This document shows positions 1-13,968 of a DNA stretch of 64,000 nucleotides, one piece after another. The notes beneath the pieces are model-generated. The model saw nothing but the letters and a program-made list of their open reading frames with translations. It ran no database searches and was not told the origin of the DNA. The DNA is from Proteromonas lacertae (taxonomy: Eukaryota): NCBI GenBank assembly GCA_002245135.1, contig NGBS01000890.1, positions 62,001-126,000 on the forward strand, in the 5' to 3' direction. Numbering within the stretch: the stretch's first letter is position 1; the number at the start of each line of letters is the position of its first letter. Made by a program: the position numbers and the translations under genes.

Positions 1-3000
1 GATTTAATTCTTAATTAGAAGAGTCAATAGAAATAGAATATTTAAATCATTCTAAAGTAATTGGCACAGCAAAAATAAGTTTATTTCACATAGCAGATGG
101 TCCATTCACTGTAGTATTAGAATTTATATCAAATGCTGTAAGAAACAAACAAGGTCAGATGGAGGCGTATAATTTATTGTTAATCTTCAATAGTAAAGTA
201 GTAGGAAATGTCACATTCGTATGTGTAATGGAACAAATCGATAAATGGGAAATGATAGTGAAATCTGCTTCAGCTTTGCTTAGTTCTAATGTAAATGTTA
301 ATACTTCTATTTCAAATACAGAATCTAGATCATACTTTTTAGTTTTTATATCTAGAACTGAGAAAGAAGAAGATGATATACTGTATATTTTAATATTAAT
401 TTTCTTTTTCTAGATATCATTCAAATCCTCATCATTTACCAGTGATTGATTCAGATCCACAATTACCCTCTGCACAGAATAGTAAGTCAAGAATTGAATG
501 GAATGAAAATGAGTTAAAACCAATCAATATTACAACTACATTTAGAGAATGGAGAGATATAGTAATAAAAATACAATTGAGATATTTTACAGTATAATAA
601 TAATATTTTTTTTACTTTTTCTTATTATTTATTTACTTAATAGAATGATAAAGATAGAAATGAAAGAGATAGTATATATCATGGTGAAGCATATTTAACA
701 ATCGATAAAGCCATCAACTGCTGTAGAAAATCACCAGAATCAACTTCCATTATCAATATCCCATTACATTATAACGATTGTAATTGTGGTACAATATCAA
801 TAAAAGTGAAAATTAATAATATTCCAAAGGTAAGTCAGAATTTATCAGGCGTTTTATTGAAAGATGGAATATCAATAAAATCACCAGTTATTGTTCCACC
901 ATCTACTAAAGCTGGTAAAACTAGAAAAAAAGAGAAAAAAGAAGTAATGCCAAGTCGAATTGATAAATTAAATGAATTGTATATTATTTATTTATTTATT
1001 TTATTAATAGAGTTACAATTTTTCAAAATAATTTATTATCATCAAAAGCAGTATCAGTTAAACAACAATTAAACACTTTAGAAGATATAAAAACACTATT
1101 AAAAGAGACTGAAAAGGACAGTATAATAACATACATTTATCCATCCAAATCAATACTATTAGAAGCACAATATCAATTTTTAAAAATCTACAAAATCCTG
1201 TTTGATGTAGTTGATGAATTAGATTATCCTTTAAAATGCAGTGTTTTAGATATATTAATATTAATCGATTCACGAGGTGAATTAAGTGATTTAACTTTAC
1301 TAGGATTTGATATTGTCAATCCAGACGTTAATCCATCTGACGAAGATTTAGCATTCTGTTTAGCGAAGAGAGATTTAGATGTAAAAACATTACTATATGT
1401 TACACAGAAAGTATGTCAATTAGGTATAAGTACTCGTTTATTAAAGTCTTGTTCACATATTATAGCAATGTCAATGTATCGATTACCGTTTTGGGGCGAA
1501 TATATTTTCAAAGCAGTGAAGAAATATAAAGAGAATTTACCTGATTGGATGAAATTAGAAACGGCTAGATTTGTAGATTCATTAAAATCCGCCAATAGTG
1601 TTGAAGAACATGATGAAGTGGATCAATTAATAGAAACAATCAATTGGAAATTAGTAGATAAGAAATTAACAATGAAATATCCAACTGATATAGAAAATCA
1701 GAATAAGTTGATTAATGAAGATAATAATCCTTGTATAAATCAGATTAGTAAGTATGGAAGATTATATTTTTCAGTATATAATGAATGGTTAAATTGTACA
1801 TTTGATATGTTGAAGAATATGTATAGTGACATTCAGTGGAGTAGAATTGTAGGATATAAAACCTTTTTAAAATCATTTTTTGTTCAATTAAGGTTAAGAG
1901 ATATTTCAACATTTCCAGATTCAATGTTAGCTGTGTCAAAGTCATTATTAGTGAATAGAACGTTATTGTCTTTATTTATTAATGCGATAATGTCAAAGAC
2001 GCAGATGTATGATGTGTGTGAAATTGGAGCTTGTTTGGATTTATGTAGTGATTGGTTTAGTATATATATATAAATTATATTTTACTTATATTTTCCTATT
2101 TCCTATTTATATTTATTTAATATTTATTTATTTAGATACTCATTTGGATTGGTCAATGAAAACCGACAAATGTCGTCATCCCAATTACAATCAACTCACC
2201 TTACTACCAGCAACATTCGATTTTCATTTCATTTGCAGTGTAATGAATCGATTGCTAAGTAGTGAACACAATCAAATATTATTAAAAACATTCGAATTCT
2301 TATATACACAATGGGATACATTTAGTGAAATGCAATGTGATATATTAAGATCATTATTAATAAAAAAGAAACGAATGTATAGATTCTTCTTACACTGGTG
2401 CGAAATAGTTAGAAAATATTATGATTTATTGTTATTATATAGAATACTAAGGCCTAGAAGATGGTGGGAAAAACAAAGAATGACAGAATCAATCTGTGAT
2501 GAAGATGATGAAATAATTGACTTTACTGAAATAGTGAATGATTTATATTATGCATTTGAAGGAAGATCTCATAAAGATTTATCACCAAATGGATTTCATG
2601 TTATTGTAAGTGGTAGTGATGTGATGGATTATATATTAAATATAAAAGTAATAACAACTTCTGAATCTATTGCTTTATTGATATGTAATGAATTATGTAA
2701 ATCGAAATTTATTCATAACATCAATGGAAGTAGTAATAACAATATCAATAATAATAATAATAATAATAATAACACTGTAGAAGAAGAAGCAGCAGCAGAA
2801 AGAGAAAGAGAAAGGCAAGAAGAAGAAGAAAATAAAGTAATAGATAATGAATTATTTATCAATTCCCCCAATGAGTTCTATTATATTACATTGCCTTATA
2901 TTCTTTGTCCTAATTATTATAATATTACAAAAGGTACTTATATTAGGAGTGTGATGGATCCGCTGATTATACCTTATATTGAAGCAAGTTTGAGACAAAT

Positions 3001-3395
3001 TAGAAGAAAAATATCCATTACACCTGAAGAAATTAGTGGTATTGAGTTAGAAATAGAACATTATGAAAAAAATAAAGGAGAACCAACCAAAGCAGCTTCT
3101 AGTAAGTATTTAGCTTATCATAATTACTTACACAAAACAGATGATTTGATTAAATCGTTGAATAAAACAAAAGTTGAATTGAATGGTGAAGAAGAGAATG
3201 ATAGGTTGTTATTGGGTAAAGGAAGGTGAGATTCCAGAAAATCTAGTGGTTTATACTGTTCCTGCTTTAACACAGTTTGAAACATTGATTCAAGAACAGC
3301 ATGACTTGATTAATAGCACTAAAGGTGAAAGTAATATAAATTGTCCAACTGTTCATTGGGTAACAGTTGTGCCAAACCTTAATTCTAATGATTAA
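1..3395 (+). CDS. 5'-truncated multi-exon gene: C2-like N-terminal region plus DUF1765-like domain
   Basis: ORFs 159-413, 806-1072, 1468-2073, 2009-3229 and 3183-3395 join through short GT-AG introns (e.g. 979-1010, 2060-2135), with a +1 shift near 3218-3229. Motifs FDFHF...EHNQILLKTFEFLY and RFFLHWCEIVRKYYDLLLLYRI resemble DUF1765-family proteins. Confidence 0.55.
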
Positions 3396-3513
3396 TCGTG
3401 TTATACATAAGTTAGATATGTTTTTATTGTTGTTGTGTTGGAGATTTTAACAAAAACAAAAGTGATATGTAACGACTATATTTTTAAGATATCATTTCAG
3501 TTAGACTTAAAAA

Positions 3514-6500
3514 ATGAGTAGACATAGTCAGATCTACACGTCTTATGAAGATAGAATTGTTCAACATGGAGAACAGTATATTATGCCATTATTTTGGATA
3601 GATTTGATGTACATTACTCGAAAGATCTAATCAGAACGAATATTTCAATGGATTTACTACACATCCTCTTAAATCCTACTCATCAAATTATTGAGAATTT
3701 CATTGTGTATGATCTCTAGTCTATCTTTAGAGTATTACTTGAAAAATCCGATTTCCTTGATGATAATTACTTAAACTACTTTGATTTCAAACCAAAGAAT
3801 GTATCCAAACTCAGCTTCTCAGAGTTACTTGAATTACTTTATAAAGCAGATCATTTATGTAATACAACTCTCCGTAAAAAGGAATTGAAGAGACCAATGT
3901 ATACTTATGAATTTGAGAAGAGAAGCAAGAAATTAAAGGAAATATCTGACGCTAAAACAGTAAAAGATTTGAAAAGTATAACCAGACCAAAAGTTCAATC
4001 ACAAGTATAAATTAATATTTAATTGATTGCTATTAAATATAGGAAGATAATGAATTATTATATCCTCATGGTAAATCCAGTATTCCAGGTGAAAGAGTAG
4101 TAATAACAAAACTAGACAAAGTAGAAGTTGCCAAAAACAGAAAAGTATCAAAAAATGCAAAAATCTTAGAAAAAAACTTAGAAAATTCAGTCAGAAGAAC
4201 ATCCATTACAAGTGACAATGAAGAAGATGATTTAAATACTTCGAGAAGAAGTAAAAAGAGTGATTTAGAATCAAGTATGAGAAGAAGTTCAGTAAAATCA
4301 ACAGATTCAGCTAAAGAATTCACTATTACTTCAGCTTCAACAGCTAAAAATGCCTCAACAATGTCAGGAACTGTAAGAAGAACTTCCTTTATTGGTGGTA
4401 GTGGTGGTGGTGAAAGTAGTCAGAAGTTAAAATCACCTAAGAAAAGTGGTGAAAAAGCAAATTTATCAATGTCTGGAACATTACCTCCACCATTTAAACC
4501 AGCTGGAAAGAGTATGGGAAAAGCAATTGACATTAACCAATTAAAAGATGATGAAGGATCTCCCAGTAAGAAAGATGAAAAATTTGATAGAAGTACGTTG
4601 ACTGATAAAGAGAATAATTGGTTGAATCATCATAAAATTGGTTTATCAAAAAGAGTATTTATTATATTATTATTATATTGAATAGAAAGCTGAAACAAAG
4701 ATAATATGTTTAAATATTTTACAGTCATTATTAAACACAGTTCGAGGTTATGATTATGATAAATATGCTCCATATTATGACTTTATAGAAATGCCACAAG
4801 AAGAAGTTGATTTAGTAGAATTAATCAAAAGTTGTAATGTTGTTGAAGCACAATTAGTTGAATATGAAATGGGGGAATTTGTCGAATTTTTGCAAAGCAC
4901 CCCCTATTTCACCAAAGTGGATAATCCTCCATTAGAAGCATTGAATAATTTGTATGAAGAAATTCAAAAAGAATTTGATGATGAGAATATGCATTATGAT
5001 GATTTTATCAATTATATGAATCAATTTACAGCTGTATTACATAAAGTAGATCCATTACCAACTAATACAATAACAACAACCAGTGAATTAAAAGAAAGAA
5101 AGAAAGCTGTAGAAATAAGAGAAGGAATGGTTGTATTGAATGAAAAAGGAGGAAAAGGATTAATAATCAAAGAAGAAGAGGAAGATAAGAAATATGAAGT
5201 TTATAATCTACAAGATAATGAGACAAAAGTGTATGCTAAGGAAAAATTAAAGCCATTAACATGTGTAGAATTAGGAGTTATTGTTAGTATTAATTCAGAT
5301 GGATCTTATAACATAATGTATGCCAATGAATTTAATAATAATTATGATACTTATGTTGATGATTCATTGATTGTTAATAAAGTCAAAATAAAACCATTTC
5401 CTGATATAGAGAAATCTCCTTACAAAGTAGGAGATATTGCATTTTGTGATAATGGATATGAAGCTTCAGAATATGTAATTGTTGATATTCATAAAGATAA
5501 AAGTGGTTATTTATATAGTTTATGTTATGATAATAGATATATTATTAATAATGTTCCAATGAAAGAAATATCTCAATCAACAACACATAAAGTACTTAAG
5601 AATACAGAAGGTTTAAGATTTACTGTTGGTGATTTAGTTGAAGTAAATGTTGTTGGTGGAATTATATTGGATAGTTTAGTTGATTTATCAAATGGTAAAA
5701 TAATTGATGGAAAAGTGAAATTATCTGTTTCTAGTAATAGTGTTATTTGTTCTTATTCATATGATCCATTGAATAATAGTTGTTTAAAACCAGTTGCTTC
5801 CCATTATAATCAATTATTAATTGGAGAAAGTGTTTTATTCCAAGAAGCTCATGGAAATGTGAAAGATAAATTCAGTAAAATTCATTATGATTTGATAGAG
5901 TATAAAGGAAGATATTATTGGAAAGATGAAAGAGATTTATTGACTATTAATAATGATTATATTATTGGAGATAAAGTGATTGTTAAAATAAATGATGTTT
6001 ATGAATTACCAGGTATTATAATGGATATACAAAAGAAGCATCAAGTTAATTCTTCTTATAAGATATTGTTATGCAATGGACTTATTATGGAGGATTTAAG
6101 AATGAAGAATATAAAGACTTTTGATTATTATTCTGGTAGAAAAGTCTTATATATTGATGAAGATGAAAATAAGTTTGAAATTGGAAGTATGATGACTTTA
6201 GATAATTGTGGTGGTTATTGTATATTATTAGAAAATGATAATACAATTGTAGGAAAAATAAGTTATAAGAATATAGTATTATATCAAAATAAACACTTGA
6301 AAAAAGGAATGAAAGTAAAATATGGAAATCATGAAGGACAAATCTGTGAAATAACTTGTGATGGTAATTATAACATATTCAATTCAAGCGTAGGTACTTA
6401 TTCTCCAAATATCAATTATGAATTAATTCAACCAGATTATGGAAATGAAATAGAAATAGAAGAAGAGGAAGAGGAAGATATAAAGAAACAAAAAGAATTA

Positions 6501-7247
6501 ATGAATAACTTAAGATCATTGTATAATATTGGAGATAAAGTGATATATAACGATGAATGTATGGGTGAAATAAATGAAATTAATGAAGATTGTAGTTATA
6601 ATATATGTTTAGATGATGGTAGCTATTTAGAATTTATTTCTAATAAAACAATCTATTTAATGCCTGATTATAGTTATGAAAATATGATTAATATTTCTAA
6701 AGATGAAGAATATCATTTAAATGAAGAAGTGGAGATGTTATTATTAGAAAATAATAAAAAATATGTAAAAGGTAAAATCCATAGAATAATTGATAAAAAA
6801 CCAAAGAAATATTACACAATCAGTAGTAGAATAAAGAATGAAACTGTTTATTATTATAATGTATCAAGTGATTATTTAAGAAAACCAAAACGTTCATTAG
6901 ATGATAAAGTATATGTATTTAGTGAAATTCAAGGTAAGAAGATATGGTGTTTAGGTAAAATCCATAGAATTCATACAGATGGTACATTTGATATTCATTT
7001 GAGTGTGAATAACATTTCTCATCACAAAATACCTTCACAATATATTCTGAGTGATTTCCCTCAATTGATTGAAGAAACGTATGAAGTTGGTGATATATTG
7101 TGTTACAATGGTTATGATAGTCCTAAAGTATGTATTGTGAAGAAAGCTTATGATTTAATGTATGAGATTGAATTATGTCAGAGTAAAGAAGTGATTAGTG
7201 ATGCAAAAGAAAGTGATTTATCTCGTTTATTCACTGCCGGTTTATAA
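3514..7247 (+). CDS. Large multi-exon protein with a Ser/Lys-rich linker and C-terminal Tudor/Agenet-like repeats
   Basis: ATG at 3514; short GT-AG introns near 3576-3601, 3707-3730, 4005-4042 and 4656-4685. The 818-aa ORF repeats units such as YKVGD, YNIGDKVIY...DCSYNICLDDG and GKIHRIHTDGTFDI. Confidence 0.55.
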
Positions 7248-7356
7248 TTAAATGGATATTATTGTTTTTTTGTTTTTTTCTTTAGATTAAACAAATTATA
7301 AAAGAAATAACAATTATATATTAATACAAATTAATTATGCATAATATAATATACAT

Positions 7357-8580
7357 TTACATCATATCTTCTGTCATTGTACATGCAATACCATAAAATC
7401 CAGTAAAACAATTACATAATCCTGTTTCTGTATCACATGAACCATTTCCACCACATTCTGTTGGTTTTATACCTGAAACACTTGCTGTAACTCCAGCTGT
7501 TCCATAACTAGTATAATGTTTTGATCCTATTTGAACTGATGCTGGTGTTCCTGTACTTGCTGGTATTTCAGTAGTTGACATTCCATGATAACCTGATGGA
7601 GTTTCAGAACCTGGATAATTATCGTTCTTTAAATCTGCATTTGATATTAATTTCAATGGATTTTGTCTTCCTGTTTGTTGACTTCCAAATGTAATTTCAA
7701 CTGTTGTACATTTTATTGGATCATTACATTTAGCTGTTGTGTCTGGATCAATAACACCAACTGGTAATCTTTGTAAAGCTTCATTCCAACCTAATATTCC
7801 TGTATCACATGGACCTGAAGGAGATGTAGATGCATCAGTTTTTTTCTCACAATAAGTACAAAATCTATCACTATACCATTTTCTTCCTAACATATCTGTA
7901 TATTCTAAATAAGCTAAACATTTGTAAGAATTTGCATTATCAGCGCCAGTTTCAGATGTAGTAACTGTTAATGAGAATGTTTGAGTTGATGTTGATGATG
8001 AACTTTCACAGTCACTAGTTGCACTATATCCAGTTGGACATTTCTTTTCACTACAATCATAGCCACTATATTCACCATCACAAACACAAGCATAACTTTG
8101 ATCACCATCATAACGATTATTTTGGTAATTACCTTTAGTAGAACCAGTATTAACTTGAGCATATCCATAACTATTTTTATATTCACCATTAACATCTAAT
8201 GACAAGTGTTTAACTGGAACACACAAACCATGTCCATTACAACTATTTGGACAACTAGTTCTTTGACAAGCATTACCTTCAAAGCCACCATAACACTGAC
8301 ATATACCTGTAGATCTATCGCAATTACCTTTACCACTACATTCTAAATCAGTGTGTTTATCTTCTTTTCCTGCTCCACCTGTATTCGATGGATCAGCACT
8401 AGGTTCAACATATGTTTTACCATAAGGACATACCTTACCTGAACAATCACCAAAAGTATATCCTTCATAACAACTACAAGTACCTGATTTTGTACAAGTA
8501 CCATGTCCATTGCATTGACTAGGACATGTTGCAGATAATGCTAACGACAGAGTTGTGAGAAAAACGAGAATGAATTTCAT
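7357..8580 (-). CDS. Secreted EGF/tenascin-like Cys-rich protein resembling stramenopile Sig/Ocm tubular mastigoneme proteins
   Basis: Intronless 407-aa ORF with a signal peptide; modules CPSQCNGHGTC...CPYGK, ECSGKGNCDRSTGICQCYGGFEGNACQRTSCPNSCNGHG and C-terminal ECGGNGSCDTETGLCNCFTGFYGIAC. Confidence 0.8.
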   Translation of the reverse strand: MKFILVFLTTLSLALSATCPSQCNGHGTCTKSGTCSCYEGYTFGDCSGKVCPYGKTYVEPSADPSNTGGAGKEDKHTDLECSGKGNCDRSTGICQCYGGFEGNACQRTSCPNSCNGHGLCVPVKHLSLDVNGEYKNSYGYAQVNTGSTKGNYQNNRYDGDQSYACVCDGEYSGYDCSEKKCPTGYSATSDCESSSSTSTQTFSLTVTTSETGADNANSYKCLAYLEYTDMLGRKWYSDRFCTYCEKKTDASTSPSGPCDTGILGWNEALQRLPVGVIDPDTTAKCNDPIKCTTVEITFGSQQTGRQNPLKLISNADLKNDNYPGSETPSGYHGMSTTEIPASTGTPASVQIGSKHYTSYGTAGVTASVSGIKPTECGGNGSCDTETGLCNCFTGFYGIACTMTEDMM

Positions 8581-8697
8581 TTGTCAGTTTTACTATAAAA
8601 CGAATATATTTTTGAATAAAAGATATCAGCTTGACAGGCTTGATGTTTAAATTGCTTAAAACAACAGATGTAATAATAATTAATCAATAAAATTAGT

Positions 8698-10505
8698 TTA
8701 ATTTTCTTCATCACTTGCCACTTCACTCATGTGATTATTCAATAAGCTTTCCAACTATGAAATACATTAAAAATGATAAAATATACATCATTATTGCCTT
8801 CCACTATGAAATTATGTATCTCAGTTACTCTGGTATGGTTTCTAGTGGTTTCATCATTATTAATCTTCTCAAATAAAGCTTTCATATTATTCCTCAACGT
8901 ATTCTGAATAGTCTCTTCTCGTTGTAACAATTTTCCTTTCTCAGTCTCAGAGGATGTATTAACAGCACTATTCAAACTATCTTTATCACTTAACAACTAT
9001 AATTAATAAAAAATCAAGTAAATTATACGCTCTTCATATCATCATCAAGTGTATTCAGTTTCTCTTCACTCACATCATCTTTATTAAACTCATCATATAG
9101 ATTAAACACAGTATTTCCTACTTCCATACCAAATTCATTCAAATTATTCTCAACAGCTCTGAAGAATGTTTGGAAACACTCTTTATATTGTGATACCAAT
9201 GATGTATATCTTGTCTCAAACTCATCATTCAATTTTCTCACTATTTCCACTAAATCCACTTCAGTCAACATCAATAAATTCTTCAACTCCATCAAATCAC
9301 TTCTGAACAATCCAATACTAGATTCTAATTCATCTCTTGATTTATATTCACTATCTCTCACCAACTTCTTATATTTCTTCATATATCCTTCTACAGCTTG
9401 AATTGATTTCTTTTCTGCTTCTTTCTTCACTCCTGTTACTACCTTTAGATAATTTGCATATTCACTTTTCATTGCAGCGTATTTCTCTAAAGCAGAATCT
9501 CTGACAGTATCACCAATTGCATTGAATTGATCTGTGAGATTTTGAATTAAGTTTTCTACACCTGGAAGAATACGAATTCTTTGTAGTTCTTGATCAGCTA
9601 TACAAATAATAAATAATAAATAAAGAAAAACAAAAAATGATAAAGATAAAGAGAAAAAATAATATTTCATATATATACTTCCCAACATTTCATCCAATAA
9701 TGTAACAGTAACATCCAAATAAGCTTCTCTCAATTCAGTCATTCTCTCTTCATCCTTCTTCTTCTTTTCTTCAATCGCTTTCTTTGCTCTATCACTCTCT
9801 TGTAAGCCTTGTAATTCATCTTGTTTAGTTTCTTTAGCTTCTATTACCTCTTGTTCTTTGACTAAACAGTAATCTAAATATCGTAAATGATCTAGAAATG
9901 CTAATATTGTTACTTTATATTCTTGATCTTGACTCATTGGAGTTCCAGCTAAATTAACTGATTGTAAATTGGGAAAATCTCTCAAATATCGGAATTTGGT
10001 TTAGATCATTGATTGGATTATTACCTAATGATAGCACTTGTAAGTTGGTGAGATTATCTAAATTTTCGATTTTTTTGATTTGGTTATTGTATAAAGATAA
10101 ATCTTTCAAATGTATTAGTTTTTCAAATCCTTCTATTTTGGTAATATTATTAAATGACAAATCAAGCCATTCCAGATTTGTAAGAGTATCTAATCCAGAT
10201 ATTTGTTCTATTACATTATTATCTAAAGTTAATATTCTTAATGAATCCAATCCTACTAAATTGTCTATTTTCTTGATATCTAAAGAAATATATCACATTA
10301 CTTCTATTATACTTTTATATGATAACAATAATTCAACTTCATTGTGTAAATTTATTTCCTCATTTATTTCTACTTTTTTATCTGAGTTATCAGGTAATTC
10401 TCTCAAGGCTTTCTCTCTCCTCAATTCTAATATGCTTGCTGTAATCATGTCCCCATTTATTACTTGAAGCTCTTTGGGAGCTGCTGGAATATGATCTAGA
10501 CTCAT
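8698..10505 (-). CDS. DRC3: Dynein regulatory complex subunit 3 (LRRC48): N-terminal SDS22-like LRRs plus coiled-coil C-terminus
   Basis: LRRs (LTLDNNVIEQISGLDTLTNLEWLDLSFNNITKIEG), LRR cap LRYLDY, C-terminal ETTRNHTRVTEIHNF. Four GT-AG introns and one extra C at about 9991; spliced stop at 8698-8700. Confidence 0.8.
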
Positions 10506-11066
10506 CTATTTTCTTAAAAATATAAAAGTAACGGCTTTAAACAAGCCAAACAATTGAAACGAGTATATTATTGGAATAGAAATGTATTTTGAATATTATA
10601 TTTATAAAAAGCCTATTTACATTTATAAATTGCCATATGTCAGATTTGTTTGAATGACTTGTATTATGGATTTTATTTAATAATATCAAATATATTCTGT
10701 AGTTCACTCTGAATAACACTTATATTATATGCAATTGTTAGTATATGTGTTTCAATTTTTATTTTAGGTGGTTATTTATGCTTTATCAACACATTATCAA
10801 TCAAAGTGCAAATATACCGATTAAGCTTTGGCAGGGGGTAAACAACTCACTAAAGTATGCTCTTAATAAATTTATATTCTACGACCTTTTCAAATGCTTC
10901 TGGAATTAATAAAAATAATGGAACTTTGGGGATTTTTTGGCTAGTTTGGATTAATGGGTTTTCGGTACTACATTTCTATTTGCTGAAAGAAATTCGTATC
11001 TTCGTCTTTAAAAGAAGCAATCACAATCAGTATAGCTTCATTTCAAATCATTACATTCTTATATAG

Positions 11067-13827
11067 ATGAGTCAACTCTTATATACTTTTGAAGAAGGTG
11101 GTAAAGTTCCAGACAACAAGAAATTGTTAGGTGGTAAAGGAAGTGGATTATGCGAGATGTCAAAGATCGGTTTACCAGTTCCTCCAGGTTTTGTCATTCC
11201 AACTGTGCAATGCAAAGAGTATTACAACTCCAATGGAAGAAAAATAAGTGAAGCACTTATCAAAGAAGTCAATGAAAGAGGTATAAAATACATTGAAAAG
11301 AACACTGGCAAGAAATTTGGTGATGCTTCCAACCCATTATTAGTTTCAGTCAGATCAGGTGCCTGCTATGTCCATGCCAGGCATGATGGATACAATCTTA
11401 AATTTAGGTTTGAATGATGAAACTGTCAAAGGTCTTGCAAAGATGACAAACAATAATGAAAGATTTGCTTATGATAGTTATCGTCGTTTTATTAGTTTAT
11501 ACGGAAAAATTACCTTAGGTGTTCCAGATGAATGTTACGATAGTATCTTAGATAAAATGAAAGAAGAAAAGAAAGTCAAACAAGATTGCGATCTAGACAC
11601 TGCCAGTTTAAAAACATTATGTAAACAATTCAAAGAAGTAACCGAAAAGAAAACCAACAAGAAATTCCCAGAAAATGTCTATGATCAATTAAAATATGCG
11701 ATTGAATCCGTATTTGGTAGTTGGATGGGAAAAAGAGCAGTTGATTACAGAAAAGAATTTAAAATCACAGAAGATCAAGCAGATGGAACAGCTGTTACAA
11801 TCGTATCAATGATATTCGGAAATGTCAATAGCAAGAGTGGTACAGGTGTAGCTTTCACTAGAGATCCAGGTACAGGTGAAAACGTATTCTACGGTGAATA
11901 CTTATTAAATGCTCAAGGTGAAGATGTTGTTGCAGGAATTCGAACTCCTCATGAAATTAATCAAATGAAAGATGAATTACCAGAGTGTTATAAACAATTA
12001 TGTGATATTAGAGATAAATTAGAGAAGCATTACCATGAAGTTCAAGATTTTGAATTTACTATTCAAGATGGTGTTTTATACATGTTACAGACAAGAAATG
12101 GAAAATTAAATGCAACTGCTACAATTAGAACAAGTGTAGAAATGTATGAGAATAAAGCCAATCAATTAATCACTAAAGAAGAAGCAGTTATGAGAATTAA
12201 ACCTGATATGATTGATCAATTATTACATCCACAGATTGATGAAGAATCTATTAAAAAGAACAATGCTAAGAGTATCTTAAATGGTTTAAATGCAAGTCCA
12301 GGTGCAGCAAGTGGTATTGTCGTATTTAGTGCTGATGATGCAGTGAAAATATACAATGAGAAAGGAAAACCAGATATTATCTTAGTAAGAATTGAAACTA
12401 AACCTGAAGATATTCATGGATTCTTTATTTCAACAGGTATCTTAACAGCAAGAGGTGGTAAAACAAGTCATGCAGCTGTAGTTGCAAGAGGAATGGGTAA
12501 ACCATGTGTTAGTGGTTGTGAACATTTAAAGATTAATTATGAAACTAAAACAGCAGTGATTGAATCAGAAGATGGTTCTAGTGATAATAACATTACTATT
12601 AAAGAAGGTGATTTAATTACAATTGATGGTACTAATGGTAGTGTTTATATTGGTAAAGTCCCAGTGGTAGAACCAAAGATTACAGGTAATTTCAGTAAGA
12701 TCTTAAGTTGGTGTAATGAGTTAAAAAGACTAAGAATATACTGTAATGCTGATACTCCAACAATGGTTCAAAAAGCCATAGATTATGGATGTGAAGGAAT
12801 TGGTTTAGTTCGTACTGAAAGAATGTTTAATCAAGCTGATAGATTACCGACTGTAGTAAGTATGATTGTGAGTGAAACTAAAGAAGAAAGATGTAAATAT
12901 TTGAATGAATTGTTAAAGTTACAAAAGAAAGATTTTATGGAGATATTTAATATTATTAATGGCTTACCTATTACTATTAGATTATTAGATCCTCCATTAC
13001 ATGAATTCTTACCATCTGAAGAAGATTTAATCATTGATATTTACGAATTAAAAATGGCAAAGAAAGAAGGATCAAGTGAATATGAAGCTAAACAAAAATT
13101 ATTAAAGAAAGTTAAAGAGTTAAAGGAAATTAACCCAATGATAGGTCATCGTGGTATTCGATTAGGAATTAGTTATCCTGAGATCTATGAGATGCAAGTT
13201 AGAGCTATTTTAGAAGCAAAAGTTGAATGTATTAAAGCTAATCCTAACTTGAAAATACACTTAGAAATTATGTTACCAAATGTAACTGATATTAATGAAG
13301 TTAAATATATAAAGAAACATGTTTTTGTTCCAATCACTGAAGAATTAAAGTCTAAATACAATATAACTGATACAGCTAATAAAGATAATGTTGATATTAT
13401 TCAATATAAGATAGGTACAATGATAGAATGTGTTAGAGCTGCATTATCTGCTGATGAATTAGCTACTGAGTGTGAATTCTTCTCCTTTGGTACTAATGAT
13501 TTAACACAAGGTACTTTTAGTTACAGTCGTGAAGATGTTGAGAATAAATTCATGTCAAAGTACTTAGAAGAGAAGATCTTGAAGAATAATCCATTTGAAG
13601 TGTTGGATGAGAAGGGTGTAGTAAAGGTGATGAAGATGGGTATTGATGGTGGTAGATCCACTAGACCAGATATTGAAACTGGCATTTGTGGAGAACATGG
13701 TGGTGATCCAGAGAGTATTGAATTATGCGATAAGATTGGCTTAACCTATGTCTCTTGTTCTAGTTATAGAATTCCTATAGCTAGATTATGTGCGGCTCAA
13801 TCAGCTATTAAGTGTTCTAAGCATTAA
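11067..13827 (+). CDS. PPDK: Pyruvate, phosphate dikinase, intronless, with one apparent +1 frameshift at 11361-11363
   Basis: LLGGKG, PLLVSVRSG/SMPGMMDTILNLGLND, GEDVVAGIRTP, GGKTSHAAVVARGMGK (phospho-His), FFSFGTNDLTQ, GICGEHGGDP. Confidence 0.97.
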
Positions 13828-13968
13828 GGAACATTAAGGAAAGAATGAGAGAAATTTAAGTAAAAAGATTTAGATTTACTTCAGTTTAATTCCGTCATTT
13901 GTTTGTATTGGGGTTTAAATTGAATAAAAAGAATAAAACAAAACCAAACAGAAATCAAGCTTTTTCAA

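Noticed and set aside
10009..10467. Antisense ORFs over real genes (also 4066-4323, 33713-33979, 46485-46694, 59286-59480)
   Set aside because: Shadow frames of the coding strand with no independent motifs.
13822..13841. Short tandem duplication CATTAAGGAA at the PPDK stop
   Set aside because: A trivial local duplication with no associated element.
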